A program made the position numbers and the translations under genes. A stretch of 49,960 nucleotides of DNA, the filler included, from Catajapyx aquilonaris (lineage: Eukaryota): assembly GCA_000934665.2 (NCBI GenBank). It is 3 parts of 3 records of this genome, joined end to end, with 100 filler letters (N's around TTAATTAATTAA, not from the genome) between each part and the next. Parts side by side here need not be neighbours in the genome. Positions count along the whole stretch, not along the records: positions 1 to 16,596 come from JYFJ02007155.1; 2 more parts are not named here. One strand, 5' to 3'. Positions 1-11,699 of this stretch are shown here, piece after piece. Below the pieces are notes generated by a model. It had not been told where the DNA came from. It saw nothing but the letters and a program-made list of their open reading frames with translations, and did no database searches. How positions within the stretch are numbered: position 1 is the stretch's first letter; each line of letters starts with the position of its first letter.

Positions 1-258
1 AAAAACCAGCCTATAAACCCTTGGGAATACTATTCTCAGCCCTACAATCACTAATACTAACACCCAGCACAAAGATGACTTGATCAACACCATCTTGTGA
101 AACGTTAAATGCGGAAGTAAGATCTCTGGGTTACATTTACCCATATGGTGAAGATCTTACGCAGCCCAGTCTTGTTTCAGTAATTTCTATCCGTCACTTA
201 GATCTTACTTTCCTTTTTTTTACAATTCCATAGGGATTGTTTTTTTGTGATAATTTGA
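1..258. repeat. Interspersed repeat copy, near-identical to 16977-17240
   Basis: Direct alignment of 1-258 to ~16977-17240 with few substitutions and one small indel; the 3' part (GGTGAAGATCTTAC...GATCTTACTT) also resembles 37337-37412. Confidence 0.85.
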
Positions 259-528
259 AATGGAAATTAATGAGATATTACTTCTGACGAGGCAATTGAT
301 TCACTATTTCATGCCACAAGATTCTTCAATTAAGAAAAATAGCAAACTCACGCGAGTATAATTGCAAATGTGCAATCTGTTCACAGTGGTGAGCAATTTT
401 CTGGCAGGAAGCTGCATGTTTCTGAGGTGTTCAATGTTACATTGGCCGCACTACCTTCAGGACCTATGAAAATATTTTCCTCTGATATTATGTTATACCT
501 TGATACCCTGAAGTGCTGATATTCTATA

Positions 529-1085
529 CAGGGTGATCCAACTTTATGGCACCAGTAGTTATTGGAAAAATCGCGCAAGCTGCTTGTTTATAAGCAGGTC
601 GTTGCTAAGAGATGCTTTCTGGCTCTTTCTGGAGAATCGGGAATAGCACCTGCTGATATTAGGTCTAATGCCCATGTAACAAAATTAATGAGGGAAAAAG
701 GGTCATCCGTGGGAAACAGGCCTGTTCTGGTGTTCGCTGGAGGGTTTCACATGAGGTCACTAGCTGCCAAACCAGAGGGCTAATCCGTCGGAACGGGACA
801 GACCCGGGTGTGTCAATAAATAGGCCTTCTGGTCTGTTCATTGTTGGCCGCAGTTGGCGCAACTGAGACAGGTCAAACAGGCAGCGTTGTTTAGTTACCA
901 GCAAATAAACAGTTCTTGTAGATTAATAATATTGTTACATGGGCATTGGACCTAATATCAGCAGGTGCTATTCCCGATTCTCCAGAAAGTAACTCTTATT
1001 GATCTCTTAGCAACGACCTGCTTATAAACAAGCAGCTTGTTGATTTTTCCAATAACTACTGGTGCCATAAAGTTGGATCACCCTG
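529..1085. mobile_element. Tc1/mariner-type MITE (557 bp)
   Basis: TA|CAGGGTGATCCAACTTTATGGCACC... and ...GGTGCCATAAAGTTGGATCACCCTG|TA; inverted arms extend ~155 bp; TA target-site duplication. Confidence 0.9.
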
Positions 1086-1159
1086 TATAACCAAATTAGG
1101 ACTTTCAGGATAGTCAGACTGGCATTATGACCTCAATTGCCCAAGGGACAAAAAGGTCC

Positions 1160-1812
1160 CTACTATCAGTCTATTTAATGTAGACCCCTGTGTGGCTGTG
1201 TTTGACTCGAAATAACCAGGAGGCAAATGATGCAAAAAATTAATGGTATGTATCGTTGAAAAGCTTGTTTAAATCCACGTTATGTAGGCTACACTGTGTT
1301 TCCTGTACCTCTGTAAAGACTTTCAGGGGTAGTAGAGGGGACCAAGGGCAACTATTTTAGACATAGGAACCCGTGTCCGGAAACGCCATCTAGAGGAGGT
1401 TCATAGGCAAGGAACGGGTGCGCTCAGACGCGTCATGCGAGACACTTTCTAAATCTAAAGACTGATACAACCACGATAAGATAAGACTGAGGGACAAGGA
1501 CTTGGCTGTTATACTAGAGTTGACTGGTGCAGGGTATACAGGGTGTTCCTTAAAACCGGTACTGACGTAAGAGTTTTCTCATAAGAGGAGCCAACTGCGC
1601 CCGGATACGAGGAAAGAGGAAAGGTTGCTCCCTCGACATTTCTCCCCCCTACATTTTCGACTTCTTTTGGCCCAAGGAATACGCTGACGGCGGCATGCTG
1701 GACTAGTAACAAACACCCGGTATAATAGAAATGTTGTAAAAAAAAGGTGATTCCCCCCTGCACAAGGGCCGCATGGCCCAGCAGGGAAATAAACTTGTTG
1801 TTGTTGTTGTTG

Positions 1813-1882
<70 letters not shown>

Positions 1883-2005
1883 AGTATTATATTTGAAACT
1901 TAGAAAGCGCCATTTTTGTAATCATAATTAAGTTAATTTCTCACCTGCTATCTCGGCCGTTTCTCATCCGAATTACTTCGCGAATGTATTGACAGCAAGG
2001 CTAGT
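1160..2005. mobile_element. Interrupted copy of the foldback element family seen at 31679-32689
   Basis: 1160-1285 and 1886-2005 match the left arm of the 31.7 kb element; mariner-like pieces (TACAGGGTGTT...AAACACCCGGTA, ~1536-1722) and a microsatellite lie in between. Confidence 0.65.
1795..1881. repeat. (TTG)n(TTA)n microsatellite
   Basis: Visible trinucleotide run. Confidence 0.95.
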
Positions 2006-3014
2006 GTACTCTGAATTTTCGAATAAACACTTGGGAGGAGGTTGCATTACGAGCGGCCTTTTCGGCCGCTCAATCGCGAATAAGCGACAAGTGGATTCTT
2101 CTGGGGGCACTCTTGTCCTGCTTCTTCCTCCCCCACTCCTGCTTGGACTCCCAAATGTCCCCGTGCTGGTAATGTAACATGAGCTGGTCAAGGAAAAGGC
2201 AAGGAGCGAGGGGGTTGGGTTGGCGGGGGGAGGGTTAGTACGGCGTTGCCTTGCATGGCCTCGTGAAAATTTTCATTATTTTGCCTTTTTAGAAGGCTAA
2301 CACGTCTTAGTGTTTCGCAAATGACAGCCACACAAACCGTCCAAGTGGCTCGGAAATGCGTCGGCAAAGAGATTATCAACGGGGCTACTTCTCCGGGGCT
2401 TCCGAATTTAAATATTCGGTTCCATGGCCGAGCTGCTGTGACGTACATTCTCAATCAAAATCCTGTTGCCGATCGATCAATTATTGTTCAATTCGAACCG
2501 TTCCAAGACCGGAAGCAGCTCTGGCTTATCCGCCGTGCAACGCAAAAGACCGCATGTCCGTATCTACGATAGAGCGCCCGTACAGGCAGGTTGAAGACAA
2601 GTCGGCACGCCGAATTTTGGCTCGAAGTGGGCTGAAAACTGGCGGGAGACTTTGGTATCCGGCCCCCTTAAGTTTAATAGGCAAGTACCCACCCCACTTT
2701 CTGGTGGGAATACATGGCGATACTTTTAAATACTTTTCACAGGCCAATTTTCATTTTTGAAGGTCAAATAACCATATCGATGGTGACATCACATGTCTGC
2801 AAATTTCTGTGTTACCTGCCTATAACTACTGCGGGCTTGCTACTGTTGGGCACAAAATCAATTGTGGTGAAAATTATGAGTGGACACAAAGGTACCTTTC
2901 CTGTTCGGCCATGTTTACATGACTGTGCAATTTTATAGTACGTACAATTTCATCATATTTGACCGGAACTATGTGACCTCACTGGAAATTGTTCAGTCTC
3001 CTGCAGGGTTGGAC

Positions 3015-3200
3015 ATGGACACACAGAGAGAAGGAAATGTGAGAAATGGTGAGCAGCCCTTGGCAGCACCTTTGAAAGAAGAGGTGGACGTAGAGCAGCA
3101 GGCTCGAGACAGGCAATTCTTAAGGAGTTACAGAAAGCCAAAGGGGTTGCCGACTGACAGGCCAATGGAGCCTCAACTTGTGCCTTCAGGAAAGCAAAAG
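3015..3200 (+). CDS. Candidate upstream coding exon of zinc-finger gene 1 (MDTQREG...LKEEVDVE...SGKQK)
   Basis: Acceptor CTCCTGCAG at 3006, in-frame ATG at 3015, KEE-type linker composition typical of poly-ZF proteins; phase-0 donor AAG|GTGGGG at 3201 fits the phase-0 acceptor at 6888. The donor is weak. Confidence 0.5.
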
Positions 3201-3560
3201 GTGGGGCAACTATCTCATCAAGCGATTACTCAAACTCGCATTGGAATCGGAAAACAAGCTTATTTCACAGGGGTGCCCAGTGGGTGGGGGGTCAAAGACA
3301 CCTCTCCCATTGATCTACAGAACAAGACGGACAAGGGAATGACCAAGGTCGGTCGCCTCCAATTTGGTTGAAACTCGCTTGAGGGGTCATTCATGTGCGA
3401 TAGACACAGTGGTAAAGGTCTTAGATGCCACTGTCTATCCGTTTTCGAGATGTGAGCGACAAAAACATCCGCATTTTGGCCGCGCGTATAGGGACCTTGC
3501 CGAGCCTTGCACTTGTCCCTTCCCGCCCAACACCTATACGCGGGGCCAAAATTCGGATAC

Positions 3561-6347
3561 TGTAGTGCCCCACGATGACAACGTCAGAGACACCACGAAT
3601 AACACACGAGGGAAAAGGTTTAAAAGACACAACGGATTGTATTCCAGGACGACAGGCTACAAACGTCCGCCCCAAAGGACGTCAGGAATAGAACTCACAA
3701 ACATTCAAGGTCCCCTGACAACATCAATATGGCAGTGACCAGGCAACCATCAACAGCCAGTTGCCTGGACACTACATTCTTCCCCCCTTAGAAATAGAAC
3801 GAGAACTATCTCGTTCCAACAATCCTCTTCCTCCAGCCTGGACTTCTTTTCTTCTTCTTCTTCTTCTTCTTCTTCTTCTTCTCCAGTTCATCCAGGTGAA
3901 GTCTGTACCTCTCCAGCTGGAGTTTTGTCATCGCTCCAGTAACAGCCGTACTTCTGCATCTGCTGCTGATGCTTCTCAACTCGTGGACCCGGCAATGGAA
4001 TCCCCGTCACCGGCGTCTGCTTCATCACCAGCCTCAAGATCAGCGTCCGCTTGACCACCATCCTCGTCAAGAGCACCTGCTGGTTGACCGCTAGTCTCCT
4101 CCAGTGCAGCATGTTTTGTCACCAGTTTCACCTTGGATCTTCCGAGAACCTCTTGTCTCTTGGCCCTCCCGCTGACCAACCTCAGCGCTCTGCCAGCACA
4201 TGGGATGTTTCCGCCTCGGCCTCCACCAGTCGTTCGACGATAGGATGACCCCTTCCGTATCGTCACTCTTATCCACTGCTGTTGTTTGCTGCGGCCGGGC
4301 CCTTGGCTCCCTGCAGCTTTTCGACCAATAGGTCATCATCAACATCAACATCACCATAGGTCCACGTACCCAGGCCCCTTCATGCCGTCTGGGGCGACGG
4401 TCCTGCCTCACGGCGCCATCCTCTCGGCACCAGATGTTCGGCTTCTCCTTGTCGATCCTTACGGCCTCACTCACCTCTGCCACTTCAATCTGCAGGCCCT
4501 CTGCCTCCCTGCAGAATATATCAGGTTCACCTGCTCTAGACGGTACCGTCTGCGTCGCTACGTGCAGCACCCTCGCATCACATCCAGGCCTCTTCTCGCC
4601 CTCCGCAGCGACGGCACAGCTTATCGGGAATTCTTCCTCCAGCACGTTCCCTCTGCAGCCAGTCCATTTCAAAACAAAAGGTAACCGCCAATCCTGGGAT
4701 GACTGCCGCATCTTGAACCTTCTTGGGGATGCCCACATCTTGGGATTCCCCGTTGATGTCCTGCCTGCCCACACTCTTGGACTCTGCAGTCGGCTGTTCC
4801 GTTGACACGTGCGGCGCACACCCGTCGCACGATGGCCTCTCACGGCCCTCCGATGCAACGGTACAACTATCCTTCCGGCTGGACATCGTCAGATCCAACT
4901 CCGCTGCGATGACCTGCCTGGCCACTCTCTTGGACTCTCCAGAGTCACTGTTCAGCTGCTCCGTCGCTAGGTGCGGCACCCCCTCATCACACCTGGACCT
5001 CTCCTCGGCTGCGACGGTACAGCGTCTCTTTCGGCTTGACATCGGCAGCTCCATCTTCGCTGCGATCTCAGGCCTGGCCACGCTCCTGGACTCTCCAGAG
5101 TTACTATTCGGCTGCTCCATCTCTAGGTGCGGCTCACATCCGTCGCACCTGGGCTTCTCCTTGCCTTCTGACACGACTCCGCAGCTTCGTGGCCCCCTTT
5201 CTCCAACTCGATACCCCTGCAGCAAGTCCATTCCGGGAACGCAAGGTAACCGTAATCCAGGGATGACCATATCAGGAATCTTCCTAGGGTTTCCCATCTC
5301 TTGGAAACCCCTGCAGCTGGTCTCTTCAACAGTAGAGGTCACCTTCCCCCCGCTGTCAACTCCTTCACAGCCAGACTTCGGCAGCTCCAACTCAGCAACT
5401 CTGTCCTGGCTGGCCCCACACTCAGACGTCCCAGTGTCCCATCTCGACAGCTCCCTTCTGCCGTTGTCTGGCAACGTCGACTCGCCCCTAATAATTGTCG
5501 ACTTCTCCCGGTGCGTTTGCTCCGTCTCCAAGGCTTTCCCTTGGTCGTAGCATGGCAACGTCACCTTGCCACTCACTGTTGGCGCCATGGTTGGCTCCAT
5601 ACGGTTAGTTTGGAATGCAGCAACCCTCGCAAGCATTGCCTTCTTTGCTTCCAAGTACCGTGCCTGTGCCTCCAGCTCCTCGCGATACCGACACGCGGCC
5701 TCTGCTGCCATCCGCATACGCGCCAACTCCTCTTTCCGTTTCTGGCTACGTGCCTGCAGCCCCTGGTCGTGGCTCTGATGATCAGCCTCCACGGCCATCT
5801 GCAGCGGCACCAACTCGCCTCGCGTATCTCTCCGGAGTTCCTCCTCCATCATGGAAGCTCTTCCATCGGGCAGGTGGCCACCTCGCAACGCCTGGTAGTC
5901 TCCAACTCGACCCCCCTTGCTTCTCTGCCACCTACCCGGAGTTCTGTCCTCTCCCGTCTCCATCCTGTGCCGCAGTCCCTCAACATACATCCTCCAGTCC
6001 ATGGATCCACTGCCCTCCTCGGCTTTGGAGCACCTTTCTTCCCCAAGAATGGCTCGCAGCTGATCGAGGAATGCCATCTCCCTCGCACCCTCCGAACCGG
6101 CGGTTTCGCTATCCCAAATTCTGACACCAATTGTAGTGCCCCACGATGACAACGTCAGAGACACCACGAATAACACACGGGGGAAAAGATTTAAAAGACA
6201 CAACGGATTGTATTCCAGGACGACAGGCTACAAACGTCCGTCCCAAAGGACGTCAGGAATAGAACTCACAAACATTCAAGATCCCCTGACAACATCAATA
6301 TGGCAGTGACCAGGCAGCCATCAACAGCCAGTTGCCTGGACACTACA
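3561..6347 (-). mobile_element. Non-autonomous Gypsy-type LTR retrotransposon (2787 bp)
   Basis: 216-bp LTRs at 3561-3776 and 6132-6347 (TGTAGTG...CACTACA, 5 substitutions); 4-bp TSD ATAC; minus-strand PBS TGGTGTCAGAATTTGGGAT resembling the tRNA-Leu 3' complement; polypurine tract AAGGGGGAAGAA next to the other LTR. Confidence 0.95.
4578..6077 (-). CDS. Internal ORF of the LTR element (gag-like coiled coil plus ~52-aa repeats; no RT, RNase H or integrase)
   Basis: Open frame from MAFLDQLRAILGEE just after the PBS; charged helix ELARMRMAAEAACRYREELEAQ; three imperfect CDGC.PH...EQ.N..SGES..VAR repeats; no YxDD, DDE or CCHC motif seen. Confidence 0.6.
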   Translation of the reverse strand: MAFLDQLRAILGEERCSKAEEGSGSMDWRMYVEGLRHRMETGEDRTPGRWQRSKGGRVGDYQALRGGHLPDGRASMMEEELRRDTRGELVPLQMAVEADHQSHDQGLQARSQKRKEELARMRMAAEAACRYREELEAQARYLEAKKAMLARVAAFQTNRMEPTMAPTVSGKVTLPCYDQGKALETEQTHREKSTIIRGESTLPDNGRRELSRWDTGTSECGASQDRVAELELPKSGCEGVDSGGKVTSTVEETSCRGFQEMGNPRKIPDMVIPGLRLPCVPGMDLLQGYRVGERGPRSCGVVSEGKEKPRCDGCEPHLEMEQPNSNSGESRSVARPEIAAKMELPMSSRKRRCTVAAEERSRCDEGVPHLATEQLNSDSGESKRVARQVIAAELDLTMSSRKDSCTVASEGRERPSCDGCAPHVSTEQPTAESKSVGRQDINGESQDVGIPKKVQDAAVIPGLAVTFCFEMDWLQRERAGGRIPDKLCRRCGGREEAWM

Positions 6348-6887
6348 ATACTTTTTTCACTCATATCTCGGAAACGGCTGGACTTTCACCACTGTGTCTA
6401 TCGCACATGAGTGAATCCTCAACTGCTCGAGGGAGTGTCAACCAAATCGGAGACGACCGACCTTGGTCGTTCACTTGTGAGTTTCAGTTTCCCATCTGAC
6501 TTCATTACGAATAACCTCCACAAATAATTTAGGCTGACGGAGGGGGGGGGGAAATCAATCCTGATGGAAGAGATCCTTCTCGACTTTCAATCTCGGCCTT
6601 ACACACACCACCGAGAGCAAATCTTTTAAAAATGAGATTCACGATTTGATCTAATGTTTTATTAGGAAAAGATTTCAGTAAAAAATTATCACGGTGCACT
6701 GCAAAATTAATACTAGAATAGATACTTTGTTGAGTAATTGCAAGTTGTAATTGTTTTTAAATGGAGAGTTACTTAAGTTTGTGACATCCCTGACTGGTTG
6801 TGCTCTACTATTGCATGCAGGTTGGTTTAGTGACACCTTCCATTCTATGGCACAGACGTGATGGAATGCATGTGATTTCTCTTTCAG

Positions 6888-7571
6888 GACGCAGAAGTGA
6901 ACACTAATGGAAGAGGTTCAAAGAAACTGGCGCATATGCACGATGACAAGAAGGCACGTTCGACTAAAAAGCGGCTAGAATGTGGAGTCTGCCGGCACAA
7001 GTTTCGGGGGGCACAGAATCTAAAAATTCACATGAGAACTCACACTGGGGAGAAACCATACTGCTGTCGGGTGTGCCAGAAAAAGTTTTCGCAGGCAGGG
7101 AACTTAAAAAAGCACATGAGAACTCACACTGGGGAGAAACCACACAGCTGTCGGGTGTGCCAGAAAAAGTTTTCGCAGGCAGGGAACTTAAAAAATCACA
7201 TGACAACTCACACTGGGGAGAAACCACACAGCTGTCGGGTGTGCCAGAAAAAGTTTTCGCAGGCACGGTCCTTAAAAAATCACATGAGAACTCACACTGG
7301 GGAGAAACCACACAGCTGTCGGGTGTGCCAGAAAGCCTTCGGTCAGTCAGTTCATTTGAAACGACACATGAAAACTCACACTGGGGAGGGGCCATACAGT
7401 TGCCATATGTGCCAGAAAAAGTTTTCGTGGCTGGAGACTTTAGAAGGGCACATGCGATTGCACACTGGGGAGAAACTCTGCAGGTGTCGGGTGTGTCAAA
7501 AGACTTTTTCAAGTCGAAAGGCTTTGAAAGTTCACTTGAAAATGCACAATGGGGGAGAAACCATAGCCTAA
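6888..7571 (+). CDS. C2H2 zinc-finger gene 1, terminal exon with 7 tandem fingers
   Basis: Seven CxxC-x12-HxxxH units with TGEKP-type linkers; acceptor TTTCTCTTTCAG at 6887, in frame (DAEVNTNG...). Confidence 0.9.
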   Translation, partial: DAEVNTNGRGSKKLAHMHDDKKARSTKKRLECGVCRHKFRGAQNLKIHMRTHTGEKPYCCRVCQKKFSQAGNLKKHMRTHTGEKPHSCRVCQKKFSQAGNLKNHMTTHTGEKPHSCRVCQKKFSQARSLKNHMRTHTGEKPHSCRVCQKAFGQSVHLKRHMKTHTGEGPYSCHMCQKKFSWLETLEGHMRLHTGEKLCRCRVCQKTFSSRKALKVHLKMHNGGETIA

Positions 7572-8254
7572 GGGTTTCGAGTGTGACAGAAAGCATTCAG
7601 TACGTCAGGGAATGTGGAAACTCACAGGAGGACTCACGTATGAGACAAATCATAGTTGTCATGTGTGTCTGAAATTTTTGTTTGTTTGGTATGAAATATT
7701 AAATACTTACATGCAAACACACACAGATGAGCGCAGGTGAGACATCATTTTGTTGCAGAGTTTGTCAGAAAATATTCGCGGAAGCATGAGCTGAGAAGTC
7801 GAAACGTTTTCACTTTGACTTCAAGCATACATTTTATAGCCTGCGTCTGTTCATGTACATTTTCAGATCAGCATTTACCTCAGGTACACGAACATCCAGG
7901 TACAGAGATTTACATGTATTGTGTTATTCATATTGTTGATAACTATATGATGCTCAAGAATGGTGTTGGTCTGAACAAATCAATATTACTGATCTCGGCA
8001 GATGATTTCAAATGACTCACATCCATATTACTTATTTTATCTTATTTATGTACATATATAAATGCAGCGTATAGAAATGTTTTATAATAATTTCTCCACC
8101 AGCATGAGCCATTCCCATGTGGTGATGAAAATGTTTGCTATCCAATAAAGTTTTGCAAGCAATAATCACCGGTCATAACAACAATAATTATATTATCACC
8201 ACTCCCAGCCTTATGGTGGAGTGGAAATACACGGATATAAAGTTACATGCTATA

Positions 8255-8840
8255 AAACCCTTTTGGCCCCAGCTATACCATCATCATCTATAGATTTTCG
8301 TTTCTGTTAAACTTAGATATACTCTGAAGATTAAAAAATAATGTATTTTGCCAATAATTACAGCTATACTTACATGTTCATTGAAAATGCTGTGAATGTG
8401 TTTGGAACAATTTTCCTCCTCTAGAAGTTCCTAAATTAATTTCCAAAAAGATACCTGTAAAAAAAAAAAAACTAGAATATCGAGAACTGCCGGCCAACTG
8501 TTACGCTGATTTAATTATTATGAAATACGTTAAAATATACGGAATATTAACCTTGAGAACCTTGCCAGACGAAGTTGCTGAAATCGTCGTACTTCGCGAG
8601 AAATAAATGAAATTGGGAGATTTCCGAGGTAACAGGAAAAACACAGATAAGAAATAATTTATTTCTCGCGAAGTACGACGATTTCAGCAAATTCGACTGG
8701 CACTATTCTCAATTTTGTTATTCCGTGTATTTTAACGTATTTCATAATTAAATAAGGCAAGTAGTTGGCCGGAAGTACTCGAATTTCGATTTTTACAGCA
8801 TATTTTTAGAAATTAATCTGGGGACATCTAGACGAGGAAC
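8255..8840. mobile_element. Foldback MITE, same family as 28154-29378
   Basis: Long imperfect inverted arms (GCTGAAATCGTCGTACTTCGCGAGAAATAAA / TTTATTTCTCGCGAAGTACGACGATTTCAGC) alignable to the 28.2 kb copy. Confidence 0.75.
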
Positions 8841-9194
8841 AGGCAAAGAGGTAAAAGCAATTCACGTTGTCCCCCAAAATAAAAGAAAAGAAAGAAAGGT
8901 ACACCTACAGTAGTTGAACATTTACAACTAAAGTCACCAATGGAAGAAGTTTATGAGATGTGGGAAATACTCTAGAAAAAGTATCTATGATCAAACCTGT
9001 CCAAAAACATTAGCATCTTTGTGCATTGTTTAACGCTAAATCAACATCAATCGGAATCGGGTTTGTTACGTGACTATTTTTGAAAGAAAATGGTTAAAAC
9101 CGACGTTGGAAACCTGTAAGAAGCATGCTCTGGGCGAAATGACTTGACATTCGCTGTAGAAGTGTAGAGAATGCAAAAATATCATTTCGCTGTA

Positions 9195-9356
9195 CAGTAC
9201 TGGCCAATAATCGAGGCACCGACTAGCGACATTTTCCCGAAGCGGCAGAAGAAGGAATCGAAGATAAGCATGCTAGAAGCCGGGCGAGCAAGATTCCTTC
9301 TTCTGCCGCTTCGGGAAAATGTCTCTAGTCGTTGCCTCGATTATTGGCCAGTACTG
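9195..9356. mobile_element. Short palindromic Tc1/pogo-type MITE
   Basis: TA|CAGTACTGGCCAATAATCGAGGCA...TGCCTCGATTATTGGCCAGTACTG|TA with ~65-bp arms. Confidence 0.85.
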
Positions 9357-10989
9357 TACCAACCGGGACTCGATCCGTACCTTTTTGTCTGGCTTCAATC
9401 CTTTGGCCGCAGGCTGCAATGAAAACACTCGCTCAAATCTGGAAACAACTTCGAATTCAGGAGACAGAAATGCATAATTTTCGTAGCAATTTATTTCCAC
9501 GAGTTCCTGTTACGAGGAACTTTGGCTACGGGATGTTCTAGAGGTAGACATTCAACTGTAGAGCTCCAAAGCAAATGCAGCTAAGTCCATCATAAAAACA
9601 CGTGCTCAAACCGTAAGTAGGCCTACACCGTTTCCCCCCACAAATGATGTCAGAAGTTTGCGAAAATAGGTACCCGGGTGGGGTTAAGGAGATCCTGAAC
9701 AAGAATCTGATATTAAAAACCCTGTATCATAATTATGAATCCATAGCAAGTCTAGATAAGTTACTTTGGGTGGGAAAAATCATTTTCTTAGCCCAATGGG
9801 AACATTGAAAAGCTCCCGTAAACATGAGTTCCTGAATGCGCGCGCATGTGCCGTGTTACAAGTGATGGCCTCTAGAAAAAACGGTAGGTAGTGGTTTGCT
9901 CTGGACTTTCCTGTACAGCTTGGGCCACATTTGGGACTGTCCTGGGTTGTCCCCCTCTTTGTAGCCCTCAATTCGTTTTAAAATGACACCTAAGTACAGC
10001 ATTATACATGACCTTGGCCTAAGTACTAAATGCAAAAGTAATGTAAATGATTGCACGTCCATTGTCTACTAATTGTGCCTCATCATATGGTATGGCAGTC
10101 TGACATTTAGAACTTACAGAATTGTTCATTGATCTCACAATTACATTTTAGGGTAGGATTTTTAGCACCGCGTGAAAATTTGAGAGGCCGAAAACTATTT
10201 TTGTATGTAGGCAAAGGGACAAATTAATGCTTCCAAGACAGGATCAACACTACTGTATATCACTGGATGAGGATTGAATTGTCCTACAAGATTCCACCAG
10301 GTTGTGCTTGTCGTCAACCAAACATACTTCCCACAAGAACAAGGTACATAACAAGGAACAACAAGAGTCGAGGTTTTCAGCTCTTGCCTCTGCCTACATG
10401 TCACTTCACATTGTACAGTACGATACACAACTAAACAGTATTACAGAAGTGTGATTATTTATTTTTATTTATCTTTAATGTTACATATCAGTAATGCTGA
10501 TGTATAAAATATACAGGTATTGAATATTACTAAATATCGGTGAAAAAACCATACAAAATCATTGAAACAGCAGTACATTTGCATTTAAGGTGTTTATTGG
10601 GCTTACCAACCATTAAGTTCTCAAGCCCACTAAAAACTATATCAAACAATACACAATAGCATATAGCAATACACAAATCAACAAAATTTAAACAGCAGTA
10701 CAGCAATAGATTATACATCATTCACACCAAGCAAACTTGCAATCTGAAAAGCCCACCTGGGTTAGAGATAGAAAGAAAGGCTACAAAGAAAAAGTTCATA
10801 CTGTACATTCAATAATGCAACAGAAACATCAAGGGCAAGCCAATGAAAGCTGACACAATTTCATGTTTTTCCCAGCTCGTTTCTTTCCTCCGTTCTCAAC
10901 TACGCACTTCATATTTGCTGAATATTTGACTAACCCAATAAAGAATAAACTATCTGCACGTTTTGTTCCCTGGCAGGGATCAACAGGTC

Positions 10990-11230
10990 AAGCCAAACTG
11001 ACCATTCTTAGCCGACGAGGGTGGGTGCTTAAGCCAGCTTTCACAGCAGACAACCTTTTCAAACAGAAGTGACATGAAAATGGTTTTTCTCATACCTGCA
11101 TTCAAATATGCCTTTTCTTATCACATACCTCTCTAAAAAATTCTGGTACATTTGAAAACTGAATGGTCTACCTCCAGTGTGAGTTCTCAAGTGGTTGTCA
11201 AAACAAGTTACACACAAAGCAATCCCTACT
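10990..11230 (-). pseudogene. Fossil C2H2 zinc-finger repeats downstream of gene 2
   Basis: Minus strand reads ...FDNHLRTHTGGRPFSFQMYQ... and ...EKPFSCHFCLKRLS..., in different frames and with lost ligands. Confidence 0.6.
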
Positions 11231-11297
11231 TGTGGTTAACTGTAGGGTCAATTCTCATCACACTTCAGGAACTGTCAGTCCATTGCAGAGGTATGTA

Positions 11298-11552
11298 AAG
11301 TCCTTTTACTGAAAGAATGAACACACGTCACAGTTGCCCGCCCCAACCCCACTGCAACTCCTTCCTCCCCCCCAGATCTTCCGTAGATAGTGCCAACCTT
11401 GCGGGTTAGGAAATCCGTTGGGAACGCGTCACTACTGTTTACGGTTTGCGGTGGCATGCCTGCGTGACGTCACACGGGGTGCACCAAGTCCATGCATAAA
11501 AAATCGTGACGTCAACTGTGACGTGTGTTCATTCTTTCAGTAAACGGACTGT
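11298..11552. mobile_element. MITE with ~38-bp terminal inverted repeats
   Basis: AGTCCTTTTACTGAAAGAATGAACACACGTCACAGTTG versus CAACTGTGACGTGTGTTCATTCTTTCAGTAAACGGACTG. Confidence 0.75.
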
Positions 11553-11699
11553 ATACATCTTCATGAAGAGCCCATTTTTGCTAGCTTTATTATTTAGTAG
11601 CTTCCAGGAGATACGACAGGCTGGATGATTGGATGGTGCAATTTTTACCTCCTTGTGTGTAGCCTTTAATTTTGGGAGGTTAGGGAAGGATAATCAAGT

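Larger units (their letters stand above)
3330..6478. mobile_element. Inverted-repeat element (arms ~3330-3465 and ~6353-6478) split by the LTR insertion
   Basis: GACCAAGGTCGGTCG...TCATGTGCGATAGACACAGTGGT is the reverse complement of ACCACTGTGTCTATCGCACATGA...CGACCGACCTTGGTC. Confidence 0.75.

Noticed and set aside
1..258. Direct repeat with 16977-17240 as LTRs or ends of a 17-kb element enclosing the ZF genes
   Set aside because: The copies are on different contigs, lack TG...CA ends, and look like a dispersed repeat.
4091..6149. Several long plus-strand ORFs inside the LTR element
   Set aside because: GC-rich antisense shadows of the minus-strand ORF with no recognisable domains.
6964..7672. 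Overlapping 210-aa minus and 230-aa plus ORFs
   Set aside because: Shadow frames of the 84-bp zinc-finger repeat.
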